This document shows positions 35,089 to 37,820 of a DNA stretch of 37,820 bases, piece after piece. Each line of letters starts with the position of its first letter. Position 1 is the first letter of the stretch. The translations under genes and the position numbers were made by a program. Source of the DNA: a virus; UHGV virus genome UHGV-0214728. The stretch is one strand, 5' to 3'. The notes under the pieces are model-generated. The model saw only the letters and a program-made list of their open reading frames with translations, was not told the DNA's origin and ran no database searches.

Positions 35089-35117
35089 AACCACAAATTC
35101 CCCTAATTAACTCTTTT

Positions 35118-35150
35118 CGCTCAAACCCGTTTGAGCGAACGCCTTTTTTG
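35118..35150 (+). terminator. Candidate terminator between the J-like gene and the esterase gene
   Basis: CGCTCAAA-cccg-TTTGAGCG stem. The T6 run follows only after a 6-nt spacer, which weakens the call. Confidence 0.35.
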
Positions 35151-35160
35151 GAGCAAAAAC

Positions 35161-37314
35161 ATGGCCGAACTTAACCCGCCTTTGGGAACGACGACGCCTG
35201 AAATATTCCTGGATAACGTCAAGCGCGCTGACGAACTGGTTAACGGTCCGGCCGGAACGGTTGACGACCGCGGCGGTGAACCGCTCGATACCTGGCGCCA
35301 GATGATGGCGAAAAACGATGAGGTCAGACAGAACCTTATCCCGCTCAGTAAGCAGTACGCGACGCTGGCGGCGGCGCAGGCGGACATCGCGAATATTCCA
35401 GAAAGCAGCAGCACCTATGTGCGTAGCCCGGACAGCAGCGCGCTGGCTGACGAGTACATGAATGTGGCTGGGACGCTGACAGCAACCGGGCGGAAAATGC
35501 CTTCTCAAGCGGCCATCCAGGCAGTTCTTGACTATATCTCATCTCTCATTGCTACTGATGATGCTGATTCTCCTTTACTGACACTTAATGATGAGGCGGG
35601 GTTTCGTCTGGCGGCATTCGGCCTGAATGCAATTCAGAGCAATGCGATGACGGCTGAGTATGATGAGTTTATTGATGGTTTTGTATTCCGGGATAGCGTC
35701 GGATTCGTTATTCAGCAAATAGGGACTCCTCTGCTCAGCTCTGTTGACAGTGTTCAGCCTGTCGTTGAGCAGCAGCGATTGGTGACTGAGGCATTCAGTG
35801 CTGAATCTGACGCGGATATTTCTGGTTTTGTATTTCGCGACAGTGTGGGATTTGTCCTGATGAATCTCAATGGTGAGCAAAGCGATCAGAATAACGATGG
35901 GGTAGATGACATTTCACGCAGAAATGCAGCAAATCTTGCCGCTGCTGCTGCCGCACGAGACGAAATTAATACGCGTATTGCTCGCCCGGTTTACGATTAC
36001 AATATTCTGATCACAGACGGCCAGTCGCTGAGTAACGGGACTGAGGGATGGGCAGCACTGAGCAAGGACATTCGCGCTACTCTGAACATTAATATGCTCG
36101 GTGACTCCGTCCGGCCAAAAAATGAGAATGGTTCAACATTTACGCCGTTGAACGGAGCTGAAATCAGATCAGCCCGTGCGGTGGTGCAGGATTTAATCGC
36201 CCCTCCTGACGGCGGAAACCTTATGACCGATGAGGCTGTGGCCGCACTGCCTCGTGGGGCTAACAATTTCGGTGAAACCGTCGATATCGGCGCGATGTGG
36301 ATGTGGCGGGAAATGCAGTTGCAGTTCCGGGGGCTGGCAACGGATGAGCGCAAAATTGTGGCTGTCAACTGCGGTGTTGGCGGGCAGATTATTGAACGTC
36401 TGTCTAAGGGGCACTCCTGGGGATTCTACAACCGGATCATTTCAGCCGTTACCCAGATTAAAGCTATTGCTGACGCCGAAGGGAAAACCTGCGGCGTGGT
36501 GGGTTTTTTATATCTTGGCAATGAATATAACTATGACAGCACAAAAGGAGGGGCGACAGACCGCGCAGAATACAGAGCACTCCTGAGAAAGCTCATTGAT
36601 GATGTCATTACCGATACTACCGCTATCACCGGGCAGACAGAGCTCCCCCTGACTGTGCTGTATCAGACCAGCGGCAGCTGGACGCGTGACAGCACGAATA
36701 TGAGCATTGGCGAGGCTCAGCTCGATATCTGTGCAGCAGATGCAAACGTAATGATGGCATCACCGGCGTATGCTGTCACCGACAAGGGTGGCCATCTTGA
36801 CGCGAACGGCTACCGCTGGCTGGGAATGCAGTTCGGAAAAGTGCTCCATCGTGCAATTGATCGTCGCCAGAACTGGCGTCCACTGCAACCCCTGTCAGTC
36901 ACGCTGAGCGGAACATTCCTGCGTGCGGATTTCCTGGTGTGGAGCCCGCCGCTTCAGTTTCGATCGTGCTACGTGGGTTCATCTCCGACGACGTATGCCG
37001 CAAAAGGATTCAGAGTCACTGACGACGCCGGGGACGTTCCGGTGACGCGGGTCGACATTGTAGCCGATACCGTAGTCGATATTACACTGGGGCGTGAAAC
37101 GACCGGCGATGTTTATCTATGGTACGCCAGCCAGACCGGAAGTAACGGTAACGGAAATCTGTTTGACAGCGACACAACGGTCGCTGTTGCGAATTACGAA
37201 TTTCATGAAGGGACGGGGCAATATCCGGAATCAAATATTCCAGAGCTGGTAAACCGTCCATACCCACTGAATAACCCCTGTGTGGCATTTCGTCGCCAGG
37301 CAATCGCTATTTAA
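35161..37314 (+). CDS. Tail-associated SGNH/SASA-family carbohydrate esterase (NanS-p-like prophage esterase)
   Basis: 'ILITDGQSLSNG' is the GQSN catalytic Ser motif of sialate-O-acetylesterase (DUF303) proteins. The conserved N-terminal 'MAELNPPLGTTTPEIF...' resembles the N-terminal domain of EHEC-prophage NanS-p proteins. Start at 35161 (GGAG RBS). Confidence 0.6.
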   Translation: MAELNPPLGTTTPEIFLDNVKRADELVNGPAGTVDDRGGEPLDTWRQMMAKNDEVRQNLIPLSKQYATLAAAQADIANIPESSSTYVRSPDSSALADEYMNVAGTLTATGRKMPSQAAIQAVLDYISSLIATDDADSPLLTLNDEAGFRLAAFGLNAIQSNAMTAEYDEFIDGFVFRDSVGFVIQQIGTPLLSSVDSVQPVVEQQRLVTEAFSAESDADISGFVFRDSVGFVLMNLNGEQSDQNNDGVDDISRRNAANLAAAAAARDEINTRIARPVYDYNILITDGQSLSNGTEGWAALSKDIRATLNINMLGDSVRPKNENGSTFTPLNGAEIRSARAVVQDLIAPPDGGNLMTDEAVAALPRGANNFGETVDIGAMWMWREMQLQFRGLATDERKIVAVNCGVGGQIIERLSKGHSWGFYNRIISAVTQIKAIADAEGKTCGVVGFLYLGNEYNYDSTKGGATDRAEYRALLRKLIDDVITDTTAITGQTELPLTVLYQTSGSWTRDSTNMSIGEAQLDICAADANVMMASPAYAVTDKGGHLDANGYRWLGMQFGKVLHRAIDRRQNWRPLQPLSVTLSGTFLRADFLVWSPPLQFRSCYVGSSPTTYAAKGFRVTDDAGDVPVTRVDIVADTVVDITLGRETTGDVYLWYASQTGSNGNGNLFDSDTTVAVANYEFHEGTGQYPESNIPELVNRPYPLNNPCVAFRRQAIAI

Positions 37315-37326
37315 GGAAAACAAATT

Positions 37327-37820
37327 ATGGGTTCGCGTATTATTGTTCCGGGTTATTTTGGTGATAAAGGCCTGGGTTTTGACCCGCTCGTTCGCCGTGG
37401 CCTGAAATATTTGAATTTTTATGGAGAGGCAGATAAAACTGGTCGGAATCTCGCACCGGATGGGGTAGCTGCAACGGTACTGGGTTCGCCTGTTGTGCAG
37501 GAAAATGGCGTCCAGTATACGCCTGCAGGCACATTGCTTGATACGGGTATTCTTCAGCCTCTGGACTTTACTTTTTTCACAATCTTCAACTGTCCGACGC
37601 TTTCACAGATTCTGCTGCTCAGCAATTTTAACGGGCCCCGGCAATCTGGCTCAGGAACCACGCAGGGCGTAGTGCTCAGAACGCAGCCCGGATCTACCAG
37701 CATGACCCTGAACTTTTCGGTAAACACTCTCAACGGTAGCGTGTCGACGCAGCGTACAGTCGCGCTCGGTGGGTTGCTGGCAAACACAAACTATTTAGTG
37801 TGCGCGCGTTTTAAATCGGG
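37327..37820 (+). CDS. Hypothetical protein, partial: the ORF runs off the 3' end of the window
   Basis: AAGGA RBS. The frame is open from ATG 37327 to the window end (164 codons translated by hand). Probably another tail-associated protein. Confidence 0.45.
   Translation, partial: MGSRIIVPGYFGDKGLGFDPLVRRGLKYLNFYGEADKTGRNLAPDGVAATVLGSPVVQENGVQYTPAGTLLDTGILQPLDFTFFTIFNCPTLSQILLLSNFNGPRQSGSGTTQGVVLRTQPGSTSMTLNFSVNTLNGSVSTQRTVALGGLLANTNYLVCARFKS

Overview
The window holds a nearly complete lambdoid-regulated prophage with an HK97-like morphogenesis module, of enterobacterial type, and a roughly 2.6 kb mosaic remnant region to its left. No tRNA, rRNA or CRISPR array was recognised.

Left flank (1-2600): an AT-rich orphan gene and two diverged, truncated copies of a Hin/Pin-type serine recombinase gene. 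Both copies are pseudogenes.

Prophage gene order, from about 2609 to beyond the window end:
- Tyrosine integrase (-), then an AT-rich spacer carrying a 3x tandem 12-bp repeat, then a PrtN-family excisionase-like gene (-).
- A minus-strand early-left operon: small membrane ORFs, an ASCH-like protein, a ParB-like nuclease and hypotheticals.
- An ORF-poor gap of about 600 bp.
- An immunity switch: cI-like repressor (-) and cro-like gene (+), with three-site operator clusters on each side.
- A CP76-type cII, and a single replication initiator with internal iterons. No helicase loader was seen.
- Dam methyltransferase, RusA, a DUF968/HNH-like protein, and a Q-like antiterminator.
- Terminator, moron gene, terminator.
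- Lysis cassette: two membrane proteins, a GH19 endolysin, and overlapped spanins.
- An AT-rich three-gene cargo cassette: a 311-aa cytoplasmic protein, a 209-aa polytopic membrane protein and a 124-aa protein, with its own terminator.
- HNH endonuclease, P27-family small terminase and large terminase.
- Portal, prohead protease, HK97-type major capsid, connector and adaptor proteins, and a major tail protein with an Ig-like C-terminus.
- Tail chaperone pair, then a small moron, then the tape measure protein.
- Lambda M-, L- and K-like proteins and a J-like tail tip protein.
- An SGNH/SASA-esterase tail-associated protein resembling NanS-p.
- A further ORF that runs off the end of the window.

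The most interesting candidate for an undescribed system is the AT-rich cassette at 15697-17832. It sits between the lysis genes and the terminase genes, a classic moron and defence hotspot. Its layout, a soluble protein translationally coupled to a multi-pass membrane protein, is analogous to RexAB- or Kiwa-type abortive-infection systems. No known catalytic motif was recognised by eye.

All functional calls are from by-eye motif and architecture recognition. No database searches were run.
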